Shown in pieces: positions 1 through 12,288 of a stretch of DNA of 64,000 nucleotides. The position numbers were made by a program, and so were the translations under genes. Numbering within the stretch: the stretch's first letter is position 1; each line of letters opens with the position of its first letter. The notes below the pieces were generated by a model that saw only the letters and a list, made by a program, of their open reading frames with translations, ran no database searches and was not told the origin of the DNA. The DNA is from Podarcis erhardii (lineage: Eukaryota), in assembly GCA_964252035.1 (NCBI GenBank), contig OZ176205.1. One strand, 5' to 3'.

Positions 1-55
1 CTGGCCAAAGACCTCTGACTTGACAGGCACACACACCACACAAACACACACTTAC

Positions 56-177
56 CCCTGCAGTTTGCCCTGGGAATCCTTCACAGTGCCACCCAGGATC
101 AGTTCCTCTTCCCAGTGCATGTATTTTCGTGAGAAGCCATGGCAGCCACCTGTGAGCTCTGAGGGGATGTCTGGTTC
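56..177 (-). CDS. PTCH2: Patched-2 exon 7 ([40 protein letters not shown]), 122 bp; gene continues beyond the window start
   Basis: Acceptor ttgtctccaccag|GAA, donor CAGGG|gtaagt. GGCHG..K.MHW.EELILGG motif. Size matches recalled Patched exon 7. Confidence 0.96.
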
Positions 178-341
178 CTGGTGGAGACAACAAGAATGGA
201 ATGTAAAATAGCAGCATAAACTCCAGACATAAGCACAGGTATTTTAGATGCATATTAAGGACACCACTATAGCCCCATCTCCTGCTTTTCATGGAGGAAG
301 AAGTATCTTTGCACACTTCTGACTTGTGCACTGTGTACATT

Positions 342-376
<35 letters not shown>
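342..376 (+). repeat. (TAC)n microsatellite
   Basis: Read directly from the sequence. Confidence 0.95.
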
Positions 377-1048
377 TTGAAGCAGAACTGTTCTGCTTAA
401 GACTAAGGGATTATATGCTATAGCCCTGACTAGCTGGCTAATAAAACAAAACCCAGCTGTTATGGAAAGCAAGGGCAAATGTTGCTCCTCTGCAAATGTC
501 ACATGTAAAAAACAAAACAAAACAAAAACCGCACACACGCACGAAATTCTCAGTAGGACAGGCAGCCTGCTCTAGCAGACAGAATATTGAATTTGAGTGA
601 CCCAAACAGGTTTAAATTCGTGCTCAACCATGAATTCATTGAGAACTTTGGAAAAGTCAACATTTATTAACTTCAGTTTTGTATCCAATAAATGGAAATA
701 AAATAGTGAAAAAAATGTAAAGCACTTTAGACATTAACTGTGCTACTGGAACAATCCATGTCTCTATAAACAAAACAAAGAATATTTCCCATTATTCCGT
801 AACACTATTCCAGCATTATGTCACATCCAGGAGAGGAGTGATCAAGAAATTGAACCTTATAGGGAACTATACAAATAGGAACAGGCTTAATTCTCACTGG
901 CTGGAGTTGGTGTAGCCCAAACACCAATGAGGTGCCCAAGCGCTTCTCTTTACTATCACCCACTAGTGAATAGCTGACATCCTCTTCTGTGGAGAAAAGT
1001 AAAGTTCTGCCCTTTGGGACAATGTTGGACTGGTGACTAAACCTGCCC

Positions 1049-1057
1049 TGGGTGGTC
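1049..1057 (-). promoter_or_regulatory. Consensus GLI site (TGGGTGGTC) in PTCH2 intron 6
   Basis: Exact match; function untested. Confidence 0.4.
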
Positions 1058-1728
1058 AGTCCCTTGCTGATAGGGACCCTACATACACATGTGCCCTTGA
1101 AAGGAGGACAACAGACAGAAGCTCTCTTTTAGCAAACACCACATACATAAACATAATAATATTGCATATTCTGCTGGTTAACAATAATGGGCAAGGCTTG
1201 AGATCCTCTCTGGAAATAATCCATTCTGCTCCTAGCTATGTAACCTCACATCTGACAATAATAATCCACATTTCAGTTCAGTGACATTGGCCTGGAACAA
1301 TTAAGAAGGTTTACTAACAACTGTCAGAAAAACTACTCCTTGGAGCAGCCTGATGCCTCCCTGATTGCCGAGGATGGAAGACGGCGACATGCCATATGGC
1401 ATTGCCACCATTATCATAATGCCTGGAACCCTGAGACATAATAAATCACACAATCTCTGTGCAGGGAAAGCAAGCAGAGCTAAAGAGATCTGATAGATTC
1501 TAGCTTTTATGTGACAGTGCTCCATATTGGTTCTTCCCTGGTCTAGGTATTCTCATAGAATGAGGACCCAAAATCAGTCTGGCTCTGTCGCCCTGCAATC
1601 ACCAGTGAGTCACCCACACAGTCATAAGACAAACATCAAGCAATGGGAAAAGCAGGAAAATTCCTATCACCTTGTAAGCTGGAGGACAGCACTTTCATAA
1701 AGCATGCCAATCATGGCTTCACATTCTT

Positions 1729-1729
<1 letters not shown>

Positions 1730-1786
<57 letters not shown>
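1730..1786 (+). repeat. (TATC)n microsatellite
   Basis: Read directly from the sequence. Confidence 0.95.
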
Positions 1787-1832
1787 ATCTACCTTGCAAA
1801 GCAGCAGTGCCACATTTTCAGCCAACAAGGAT

Positions 1833-1870
<38 letters not shown>
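1833..1870 (+). repeat. (AAC)n microsatellite
   Basis: Read directly from the sequence. Confidence 0.95.
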
Positions 1871-3270
1871 GAAGAAGCAGCCCATTTGGAAAATACCAGA
1901 TGGATGAATTCAATTCAGCTAATGCTTGATAATATTTATCCAACTAAGAGAAATATAAGAAGACTTGGTATTATATCAGGCAACTACTATGCTTTTCTGC
2001 ATATAAATCATAGTGTCTATTTGCATTTGATTGAGGAGTTTGCAGAATCCATTATGACTATATCATCCTGTGTGTGCGTGTGCTTGCCCACAGGCACACT
2101 GGGTGTTCCCTTCAATCCTACAGGCATCTCCTTCCTGCTCCTGTGGTGGCAGCGAGAGAAACTGGATAGCCATAATGATAACAGTCTGGCTTTCAAGCCA
2201 GGAAATGTGGAATTATGGCTGCAACTCCATCCTCCCGCTCCTTGTGCTTGCCCTTGGTCATATGTGCTCCGTGTGTGTACGCACACACTGCTCTCTCCCC
2301 CCTCCACCTTCCAAAAGCTCCAAAGCTGCCATCTGTTCTGGGACACATTCCAACTATGACCACCTGCTGGTGAGCACTTGCACTGCGTCTGCCTGGATCA
2401 GCACCATCATTCCTGCCTGTGCCTCTCTGGCACGCTGCCTTGCATTCCACATCTCCCCACACTCCTGGACGCAGAAGGGCAAAGCTAACCAAATGGGGGA
2501 CCCCACAGTGAATCCAGCCTTCTGGGACACACAGTGCCTGAAAAGAGGTCCCTAGCTCCAACAAGACACAAGGAAGCTATTCTGCTGCTTTGCACATGTG
2601 CTACAATCTGAAGAGCTCTGTGACTTCATCGAGCCTCCTCCCCACCCCTCCCAGAGTCCAGGCCGGAGAATCAGCTCTACTTTTTGTACCCAGAATGTTC
2701 ATTTACTTTGGCTACATCAGTCTTATGTCATGGTATTTAGTGTATACCTTGCAGGGGTGCCAGCTTGAATAAAATAAGCCCCACTCTGCATAATCGATCA
2801 CAAGATGCGGCATGCACACACCATTTGAATGGCAATGCCCATCAACTTGGGAGGGATCCCTCAAATATTTTATTGGGAGGGCAAAGGAGTTGGCTCCTAT
2901 GGTACTTTGGCTACTGGTATCTTGAAGCAAAGGTATAAAAATTGGAGAAACTGCCTTTTTATTTGGTTAGCATGTCTTAGGAGCACTGAATGGCACTCGC
3001 CTTTTTGCCACATTTATCTATGGAATTTGCAGATCTCTTTAGCTTTGCGATCCCAATTAAGATTCGTTATTTACCAAATTCTTTGCCCATGTGGCAAATT
3101 TTGTGTCCGTTCTGCAGAATTCCTCCTGAGTGCACTTCACAATATTACAATTCTCTCCTTTTCAAAAAGGCTATTACAAGAAGGTTGCATTGTGTGTGCA
3201 GCTGTCCAACCTGTCTTAGTGCATCTCTTAATATCAAGATCTAGATACCCATAAAATGGAACTCTCCTCC

Positions 3271-3445
3271 TTAGGAACATAAGATGTTGCTTTACATGAA
3301 TTTAGAGCACTGGTCCATCTAGCTCAATTCTGTCAAAGTTGATTGACAGTGGCTCTCCAGGGTTTCAGACAGGAGTCCCTTGCAGCCCTACGTGGAGATG
3401 ACAGGGACTGAATCCTGTACCGTCTGCATGCAAAACATGTGCTTT
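3271..3445 (-). mobile_element. Inverted copy of the 62959-63150 SINE family, in intron 6
   Basis: taggaacataag...ggtccatctagctc...ggctctccagggtttcagacagg...ctgcatgcaaa is the reverse complement of that family. Confidence 0.75.
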
Positions 3446-3667
3446 CTTACAAAAATATTTATTATGTGTTGAAAGCTAGATAAAGTTCCAAATGTTTTAT
3501 TGCTGGAGAGTATGCCATTGTATGAGCTGTCATCTGCAGTGTGAAGAACAGTCAAGACATACAGATTTACCCCCTTGTATACTGTTTGGGAGAATTCATT
3601 TTCTCATTTACATATGCATTTGGGAAATACACTGAGTAGTTGGGGAACATGCCTGGCTCAAACCCAC

Positions 3668-3863
3668 CTGCAGGCTTTGGCTGTTGGGGGCACTTGTAGG
3701 ACACTCAGGGTCAAAGGGGTCAAGACAAGGCCGCTCCATATAGGCCTGGCCAACCTCTGCCTTATCCAGCATCTCCTTGAATCCTTCCAGCGAGGCAAAC
3801 TGACCCAACTCCTCCATCAGTTGAATGGGGTCTAAGTTAGTCCACTGGATATCGCGCCGGCCC
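3668..3863 (-). CDS. PTCH2: Patched-2 exon 6 (GRRDIQWTNLDPIQLMEELGQFASLEGFKEMLDKAEVGQAYMERPCLDPFDPECPTSAPNSQSLQ), 196 bp
   Basis: Acceptor tttatgtccgtag|GGG, donor CAG|gtgggt. Overlaps ORF 3608..3817. RPCLDP..CP.SAPN motif present. Confidence 0.97.
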
Positions 3864-6800
3864 CTACGGACATAAAATATGGGTTAACAGGGAAAGAAAA
3901 TATCCAGATAGCATCACTTATTCCTATTACAGATTATATTAAATGGATGATTTTAAGAGGAGGCTTGTAAATTCATATATGTATAAGTAGGCAGGTAACT
4001 ACATTTTTTGGTAGGCTAGTAATTTGTGTGAATATTTGCAATGCTAAACCTGACCATATGTCTGGGCTGTAGCATACTTATGCAGCAATGCATACTTGAG
4101 CAGCTTTTATTTTCCTTTGGAGCAATAAAGAGGCTAGAGAAGGAACGTGGACTTGTCCCCCAAGAAGGAAGATCTCTGAACACACACACACACACACCAC
4201 ATACTAGGTCTGGCCATAATTTAAGTCCATTTCCCTTGTCCTGTGTACTGCTGCTTCTCCCTTGCATACAGAGCCCTGGCTCTCCCAGCACTGCCTCTAT
4301 CAAGATGTTAGCACGCTGGCGTTAATTGCCCTGACTGGCTGCACAAGACTCATTTAGGGGGTGGGAGGGGTCTGCTCAGTACTGATATAGGGCTTCATTC
4401 CTTTTGTTCCCGTGCATAACAGGATCAGGCATGCTGCTTTCATTTGGCATCTGGTTTAGAGTGCCAGCTCCAGAGGATCTGGACAGTGCCTCCTCTGGGA
4501 GCACCAGAGCTGTGTGTGTGCCGTAGGCTGGGGTCATGTGCATGTAGGGGCATCAGGGTGTATTCCAGAAGAAAAAGAGAATCTTTAAACAAAAGCTGGA
4601 AAGGGAAGAGGGGTATTTTCCATGCACAACACTTGGCCCGATGCATTTGTGCACAGAGATGTACACAGCAGTATAATTTTTTATGTGCATATTTATTCTT
4701 TCTGTTTATATAGATGTCTAGATAATATACACATATTGAAAAGGCTTCTTGATGGGAGAAAAGGCATTTTGCTTCTGCCCAAACAAAAAGGGTAACCCTT
4801 GTAACATGCAACTTATTTAATGAGCAAGTGTGGAAGGATCTATCCCAGGAAGGCTTCATCTCCAACCATTGCAATGACAGATCTGTTGTACTACAGAGGA
4901 AAGGTCACATCCCCTGAAAATGTAGTACTAGACCTAGAGTTTCCCTACCCACCAAAGAAAGGGCAAATTGTGCCAAGTTCTGCCCAACATTATCCTGAGA
5001 CAGTAAATTTCACAAGAATTTTGTGAAAACTTCATTATTTGGTCACTTTCTAGCTTCGCTGAAAATGTTCCTTGGCTTCACACTGTGAGAAAGGGTCAGT
5101 GACCCACCAAAATGAGTATCTGGGGCTAGGAGAGAAGAACCACTGAGACAAGATATTCAGAGAACTAAACCCAAGCAACTTGCATGACTGCTTCTGGCAA
5201 CATATAAAGTACTGGCAAAGGTCAGAGAAGAGGCAATAAGAATGGTTCCAAAGGCCACAATGAGCCATAGAGGTTAGTTTTATCTGTATAAAGTACAAGG
5301 GAGTTGCTTAGGAATTAATTCCAGCTCTAGACAGATAGGAATACAGTTTAGCAGAAACAGTCTTTAAGGGATCTCTGATTATAGTAAACTCTCCAAATGG
5401 GCAACTTTTCGAGGGGCAAATCCTCTGCTTGGTCTGACAAGAGATTACCTGATAAAAGATATTTCCCTAGACCAGTACCTGTTGGAAAGGGTGGAGGGTT
5501 TTGAAACTTCATAGAGTAGAATTTGACAGTGAACTCAATTAGCCAGTATATTGTAATTGATCCAGGCTTTGTGTCACATTCTCCGAGATCAAGGTTATAG
5601 CTACAATCCAAACAAATCCTGGCATCTTGTTTCAGGTCTGATTATATCCAGCAACTCTCCTCCACTGCCATTCATGCAGCATCTTCCTAACATGACTGAA
5701 GCAAATTTCTAACAAGAGGCCTATTTCCAAAAAGCAGGATGAGTGAGAGCTGTGGCCCAGGGAGATTCATGAGGACCATATATAGAGGCCTGGAGGGCTG
5801 CATTAGGTCCCTGGGCCTGAGGTTCCTCATCTCTGCTTTAAATGATGCAAACAACAACAACGTCGACGACCCTGAGGTTGGAGCTACAGTTCCTCTGACG
5901 CCACTCACTCTTCCACTGGTGCTCTCATGCATTCTTGTCTTCAACTTCCTGTCACGGAGTGGTTGCATCATTGAGGCCACAGAAGCAAGGGAAAGTGGCA
6001 AGGCAACTGCAGTCTCCCTCAGTGCCTTGATATACAGTAATCTTAGCAACCGTACTTCTTCCCAGTGGATTGGAGGTAGAGGCAATCCTGCTCACATAGT
6101 CCCGGAGTAATTAGCCCCTAAGTTTCTGGGTCTATAAGAGCTCTGCAGCAAGGAAATTTGCCAGGTATGATTTTCCATGTTCATTTTCCCATTCTAATAG
6201 GAGAATCTGTTCTTGTTCCTGTTGTGCAGCCATTAAAATCGGAGGAGCTTGTCCATGCAGGATCAGGGCCTGAAGACCTACATGCTCTACTCTCAGGGCC
6301 TATCGAATTACTGAAAGCCTTGATAGTCAAAGCTTGTCTTCCAGACTCTTTCTAGAGAGCTGGCTGCTAGGGATTTTTTCTGTCTCTCCACACAAGTTTG
6401 TAGCCAAACAAACCAATATAAGTTGAGGGGGGGGGGTTGGATATGAAGAAGGGAGTTGCAGCATTTTGTCCTTTCAGCTGGAATAACAAAGCAAAGTCTA
6501 TTTTGCTTGCTATTTTCTTTTTTTAAAAACAGAAGGAAAAAGCAAAACTCCAAGATGTGGAAAGCAAGAAAGCAGGGGCAGGGAAAGTCTTGTCATGCTC
6601 GGAGCAGAATCACTCTCCAATCATTCATGAAGCCCCAGGTCCCAAGAAGGTTCCTCCTTGCCTGATTCCCACATTCCAAACAGCCCAGCTCCTGCTCCCA
6701 AAGAGAGCTTCTTTTATCTGCTGTTTCTTGCTTCACTGAGCCAAGTCGGGCCCTTTTGTTTTTCCATAGATTGCTGCCCTTTGTTCTCCCAAGTTTTCTC

Positions 6801-8393
6801 TCCCTTTGCGTTAAAAGGAGGAGGGGGGGAGAGAGAGACCCTCAGCTGAACTGAAGCGGAAGCTGGACCTGAGGAAAAGACTCCCCCATTCCAGCCACTG
6901 ACAAGAAAACTTTGGGACGTGTGTGTGTGAAATTTCTGAGCAGTGGAGGAGGGGGGATACGAGAGTCATTATAAATAAACAAGGAACCCAAGAGACTGGA
7001 TACAGAAAGTAAGGGAGCAAGGACATGACGTTTCATGGAAGAATAGGAAGAGCAAGAAAATCCCCAGGCTTCCTTGCCAACTGCCTTCGTTTGCACATGA
7101 GTCTGAGCTGTTATGCAAAGTGTGTTCTTAAAACCCCATATTTCATCTACTTTAAAAAAGGAAAAGAAAAGGGAAGCTTGAAAGCAACCCAAAGTCTCAA
7201 ATTCTGTAACCTTTAGCTCTCCTTTGGGGGGGGGTGCTTAAGAGTAACTCTCCATTTTGTTCAGTGAATCACCCTGCAAATAGCACCCAGCATTTGTATG
7301 AGATAAACTCAGTGAGATGAAACAGACCCTGTTCCCTTAAAAAAACAAAACCCCACACCTTGCATTTGTGCTGCTCCTGAGTTCAACGGAAAACACTTCA
7401 CCCTACCCCAACCCTTATTCTTGGCAGTTTGATATTAAAATCCCTCCCTCTTTTAATTTTTCTGAAATCTGTTTTCTCCTCCCTCCCTCCCAGTCCCCTT
7501 TCTCTCAGCAGCAGGCTGAATAAAGCTACTATTCCATTTGTTGGGCAACTTGGAGCTTTCAAAGTATCATTAGCATGAGAATACGTGGTGTTGCCGTTTG
7601 CTGACAAAGCATAAGTCTCCAGGGCCCCTTATGAACAAACACACTTGTAAACAGAAAGAATGCTGGCTATTGTTCCTGGCCCTCCCTCCCCCAGTGCCTC
7701 CAGTGGGGCTGGTCCCCACATCTTCCATCCCCTCTCTCCCCCTCCATCCCCCATTTTGTACACCTTAATAGAAACATAATTACGAGGCAGCAGGAGCAAC
7801 AAAACAAAGCAATTGGCCCCAAAGTAGAAACTTAGGGGAGGGGGTAGGAGACTAGAGAAAGCGTTTTCCCTCTGGTTCGGAAGTGGGACAGGGAGAAACT
7901 GCTGGGGCTGTGGACCTATACCCAAATTCTGTGGGGGCAGGCTGGAGGATGTGAGACTATCCTACCACCCACTAACTGTTACCACCCCCTCCCTAATGTG
8001 GCATCACAGAACAAGGGGGGGGGGGTGTAAGCAAAACCCCGTTGGCCATGCCGTGGTGGAATAGGTAAGAGGAGAAAAGCTGTAGTATTATGGTGGTAAC
8101 TGGCAAATTATGCTATTCTACAGCAGATGGACAGTATTCTCCTTCCTGTGACACAGGTGCCACCTTTATAGTATATGTGCCACTGAAAATGAGAACTATG
8201 TCTCCGTTTCCCCAAACAAGCAGTAATGCACGCTGAAAAAATACTGAAAGGAGGAGAAATAGCTAAAAGCATGTCAGGTCTCAATCCCTGTGCTGGATAC
8301 ATGCTTAACCTACAGACAGCCTTCTACACAGCCTTGGCCTCACAGGCCAATCACAGCAGGGCAGAAAAGTACACCTGAAAAACAGGTACTCAC

Positions 8394-8485
8394 GGGAGGT
8401 AAGCGGAACCCCCTTGCAGCTTGGCACCATCCCAAAAGCAGTCCAGTGGGGTCACGATAACACAAGGAAAGAGCTTCTCGATCAT
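8394..8485 (-). CDS. PTCH2: Patched-2 exon 5 ([31 protein letters not shown]), 92 bp
   Basis: Acceptor tgtcattcccag|ATG, donor CTCCC|gtgagt. Conserved TPLDCFW motif. Confidence 0.97.
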
Positions 8486-9338
8486 CTGGGAATGACAAGA
8501 GCCACAGTCACAGAGGAAAACCACAAGTTCATCTTTCCAGTTCTCTTCTGCTCTCTTTGTCCCTTACCTTGACCTGCCCAAATGCTCACATAATTTTACT
8601 GCAGGTGGGACTACCCTCTCTACAACCAGTGTCCTACTGCAACTTAACTTACCTTGTCTCCCCTTTCTCTCCCTTGAAGGCTTTTGGAACAGTGAACGGC
8701 TTTGGGAACCAAATAGTACCATCCCAAATACAAGCCCTCAATTGAAACAGATCCCAGATATGAGAACCTGGAAGACTTGTCCTAGCCAAATGGGCTACAG
8801 TGGGCCACGGGCAGTCCTCACTCTGAGGATACCTGTCTAAGGGGACAGCAGTCTCTTGCAACTGAGGCATGCAGGATGTAAAACCCTTATCACCAAAGGT
8901 CAGGCACTACTGAAAGCAGTTGAGGATAAAATAGACTTTCCACTTTCTACTCCCCCAGCATATGGCTGGAAGGGAGATAAAGCCTCATAGTTAGCTCTTA
9001 TCTCAGATACACAGGAGTGATTGTTACCAGGGTTAGGGGTCTAGCAAAAAGAAGCATGTCCAGTCTATGCAGAAATGTCCAAGTCTCTGAACCCAGAAGG
9101 GTGCTTTGGGAAGCTGCTCCTTTGTAACACCATCCTTTTTTAAAGATTCCACCCTATCCCCATAGCAACCTGGATATCCTCTCTAAGACCCACCCCATTC
9201 TCTAGCCAACCAGCTAGACCCCAGGGAATTATTTATGCCATCTAACAAAGAGATTTTCCCCAGCTGATCTACCTAATTTCTATGGGTTTTAGTGCAACCC
9301 CTGTCCCTGCAGATGCATGCATTCCCTTGGCAACTCAC

Positions 9339-9408
9339 CCGTGCAATCATTCCATTCTCAATTATGGGGACACCTGACTTGTAGCATATTTTGTTGAGAT
9401 CCCAAGAC
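9339..9408 (-). CDS. PTCH2: Patched-2 exon 4 (SWDLNKICYKSGVPIIENGMIAR), 70 bp
   Basis: Acceptor ttcttctttcag|GTC, donor CGG|gtgagt. Conserved WDLNKICYKSG motif, phase consistent. Confidence 0.97.
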
Positions 9409-9700
9409 CTGAAAGAAGAAGCAGAGGCAATGAATGTCAAAAAAAAAGTCAAAAGAATTGCTGGAAAGAGGAATGTTAACTAAATGGAAGCTGCAGAGGC
9501 AATGTACCTCTGAGTAACAGGTGCTGGGCACAAACATTGGGGAAGGCCATAACCTTCATGCTCTGCTTGTGAGCATCCAGAGACACATGAAGATTGATAG
9601 AAACTGAATGCTGGACTAGATAGATCCTCATCTAATCCATCATAAAAAAGTGTATGTTCTTCTTATGAGAGTAACACAGATTTTCCATTTTGAAACTCAC

Positions 9701-9890
9701 TTTCCGTAAAGTAAGACTTGCACTTTGCTTGCAGCCAGAGCAGCTTCAAGATGCATTCCCAAGGCCTCTGGGGTCAGGATGTTTTCACCTTCCCGTTTGG
9801 GAGTTTGTATCAGCATCTGGGGTGTGTACAGAGACTCTTCTCCTAGCTTTTCCTTTGTGTACCGGAGCTCCTGGCTGACACGGCTGCCCT
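9701..9890 (-). CDS. PTCH2: Patched-2 exon 3 (EGSRVSQELRYTKEKLGEESLYTPQMLIQTPKREGENILTPEALGMHLEAALAASKVQVLLYGK), 190 bp
   Basis: Translated by hand from the reverse complement. Acceptor ttccctccag|AG, donor GGAAA|gtgagt. Phase fits exon 2 (G+AG = Glu). Size matches recalled Patched exon 3. Confidence 0.97.
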
Positions 9891-10534
9891 CTGGAGGGAA
9901 AGGGAAAGAAACACTGGAGTTAATATACCTCCCACTTACCTCTGACCTCTTACTTGGCTCTTCGCTTATTCACATGAGAGACCCTAGAACTGAGAATAAG
10001 CCCACAGGGGAACATCATGCAGTCTGGTCTTCCCTTTAACACATGTATTCTTCTTCACATTATCATGCTGGTTAAAATAATACATTTCCCCAACCCTTGG
10101 AAGATTTAACTAGTAGACTGATGATTCCAATCTGTGTTAGTTGTCTAATTAATTAAAACAAATTAAAAGACACAGCGAAGTGTTGTGCTTGATCACATAT
10201 AGTATCTTTAAAGCATAAAACAAAACACAGCTGCAGAGGTAGAAGTGAGGAGGGGCTCAAGAAGGAGTGGTATTGCTTGATAAGCTCCCCACCCACAAGC
10301 AAAATCCTACTGGAGAGGAGGCAGGTGTTCAGCAACTTTCAAGGAGCGGTTTTACTGAGGCGGGGGGGGGGGGGACAACTGTTGGAGGGAAAGGGCTAAG
10401 AACTGCCTCCCCCACAGTCTTCCTCTGTAATTGCAGCTTCTGGGACTGTATTTTATTTTTGAAAAAGAAAGGGAAAGGGCGAGTGGAAGGAGAAACTACA
10501 TATTGAGAAGCTGCTACCAGCACAGAGTGCTATA

Positions 10535-10959
10535 CAGTCATACCTCGGGATAAATACACTTCAGGATAAGTATTTTCGGGTTGCGATCCACGGCGACCCA
10601 GAAGTAACGGAGCGCGTTACTTCCGAGTTAAGCCGCTTGCACATGCGCAGGCGGTCAAAATGACGTCACGCGCATGAGAAGAAGCAGTGAAACACAACCC
10701 ATGCATGCGCACGCGCAGAGGCATCTTACGCAGTGGCGTAGCGTGGGGGGTGCAGGGGGGGCCGGCCGCACTGGGCGCAACATCTGAGGGTTAGGGTTAG
10801 GGGTAGGGTTAGGGGGCGCAAATCCACGGGTTAGGGGGTGAAAATTACTTGCCTTGCCCCGGGTGCTGACAACCCACGCTACGCCACTGATCTTACGTTC
10901 TGTTCAAGATGTGAACAGGGCTCCGGAACGGATCCCGTTCGCATCCCGAGGTACCACTG
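10535..10959. mobile_element. Tc1/mariner (Tigger-like) MITE interrupted by a nested hAT MITE
   Basis: TIRs CAGTCATACCTCGGGAT and ATCCCGAGGTACCACTG (15/17 match), flanked by TA on both sides (10533-34, 10960-61). Confidence 0.85.
10731..10889. mobile_element. hAT MITE (159 bp) with internal TTAGGG-like repeats
   Basis: Perfect 17-bp TIR CAGTGGCGTAGCGTGGG and perfect 8-bp TSD ATCTTACG (10723-30, 10890-97). Confidence 0.92.
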
Positions 10960-12288
10960 TAGTTCATCGTCTGCCAGAGGAAGTTGCCACCATATACTGT
11001 AACTGACCTGGTGCTCCAGAAGCCACAATAAGAAGTATATAAATATGACTAATGTAGTCAGTATATTAAAAGCTGAAGGGGAATAACATTTTTGCCCCTT
11101 ATGGCTTTGAGTGGGATGAGTGAACTAATAATGCCAAGGGCAAATTCACTGTGCCCCAAGCTTCCACTCTGAAGAATGCCCCAATGGTAGCTTTGCTACA
11201 AAATAGTGCAAGTTGTGGAAGAAGTTGCCTGCCTGCCACAGAACAGCTGTATATAGCAAAGGATTCTGGGAAATATTCTACAGCGCATACTCAGTTCAGT
11301 CATAGTAATGCCCAAGTCTGTTGAGCCTCACATTCACTCTGTACAAAGTGAAAGTACACACAAGCTTCTGTGGCTGCACACTGCAGAAGATAGGAAGTTA
11401 AACAGATAAAGCTGACTTTCAGAGACATTTGTTTGCCGTGGTTAAACTTCTCATTGAGGAATATTGCACGTGTCTTCATAAAATTTTATTTATAAAGTTA
11501 ACAACAAGTATATCATTTGGAAATTGACAATGAATTTACATTGCTTCAGCATTGCTTCAGTAGTTTGTTAAGTAATTTGTGTTATAAATTTAAACCATCT
11601 TTATGGTCATTGTGCTTTTTTTCAAGGGATTGTATCTGAGCACTCAAAGCAACCTCACAAAAACAACTACAATTCCCACACTTCTCCAGGGGGAAATCCA
11701 TGGCAGTTAAACCAATTTCATACTGGTTTGGGTCTATAGTGTAGATATTCCCTTAATCATCCTTAAAATAAGCATGTGAGGGAAGCTGTCACTATTTCCA
11801 TTTTGCAGATATAGAGACACAGGCTGAGAGACAGATTACTGAACCCAAAGATAAATTCTGTTTTGACTACAATCTCCCATTTTCAAGCCATTGCAGAAGA
11901 CTCTCAATGTTAGGCTTCAGGTTTATGGGGCTAATGACAACATAGCTGTCTCTTGAGGGTCAGAATCCAAGAAACACCAATGCATTCTAACATTTTCTTG
12001 ATTTTCCCAACACCTTTTCTCCTAAACGTGTGTGGACATATCTGTCTTTAACTGGTTTAATACATGTTGCCTCTCTCCAGAAAACACCACAAACTGCAAT
12101 TCCCAGGATTATTTGATGGTGGCAGCAGCAGGGATGGGGACGAGGAAGGAGTATAGACAGCTAAACTGGGGCACAACCAAAATAAGTTTGTGACACAGGT
12201 ATGTCTTATGGCAGCAGCTGTGGAGCACAACAAATGGAAGGTTCATAATATGCACTGTAGGGTGCTTGCCAACTATGTGACTCTAGTA

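Noticed and set aside
5687-6110. Overlapping 132-aa and 123-aa ORFs on opposite strands in intron 5
   Set aside because: No recognisable protein similarity or exon boundaries. Part overlaps a half-MITE-like sequence near 5780-5830.
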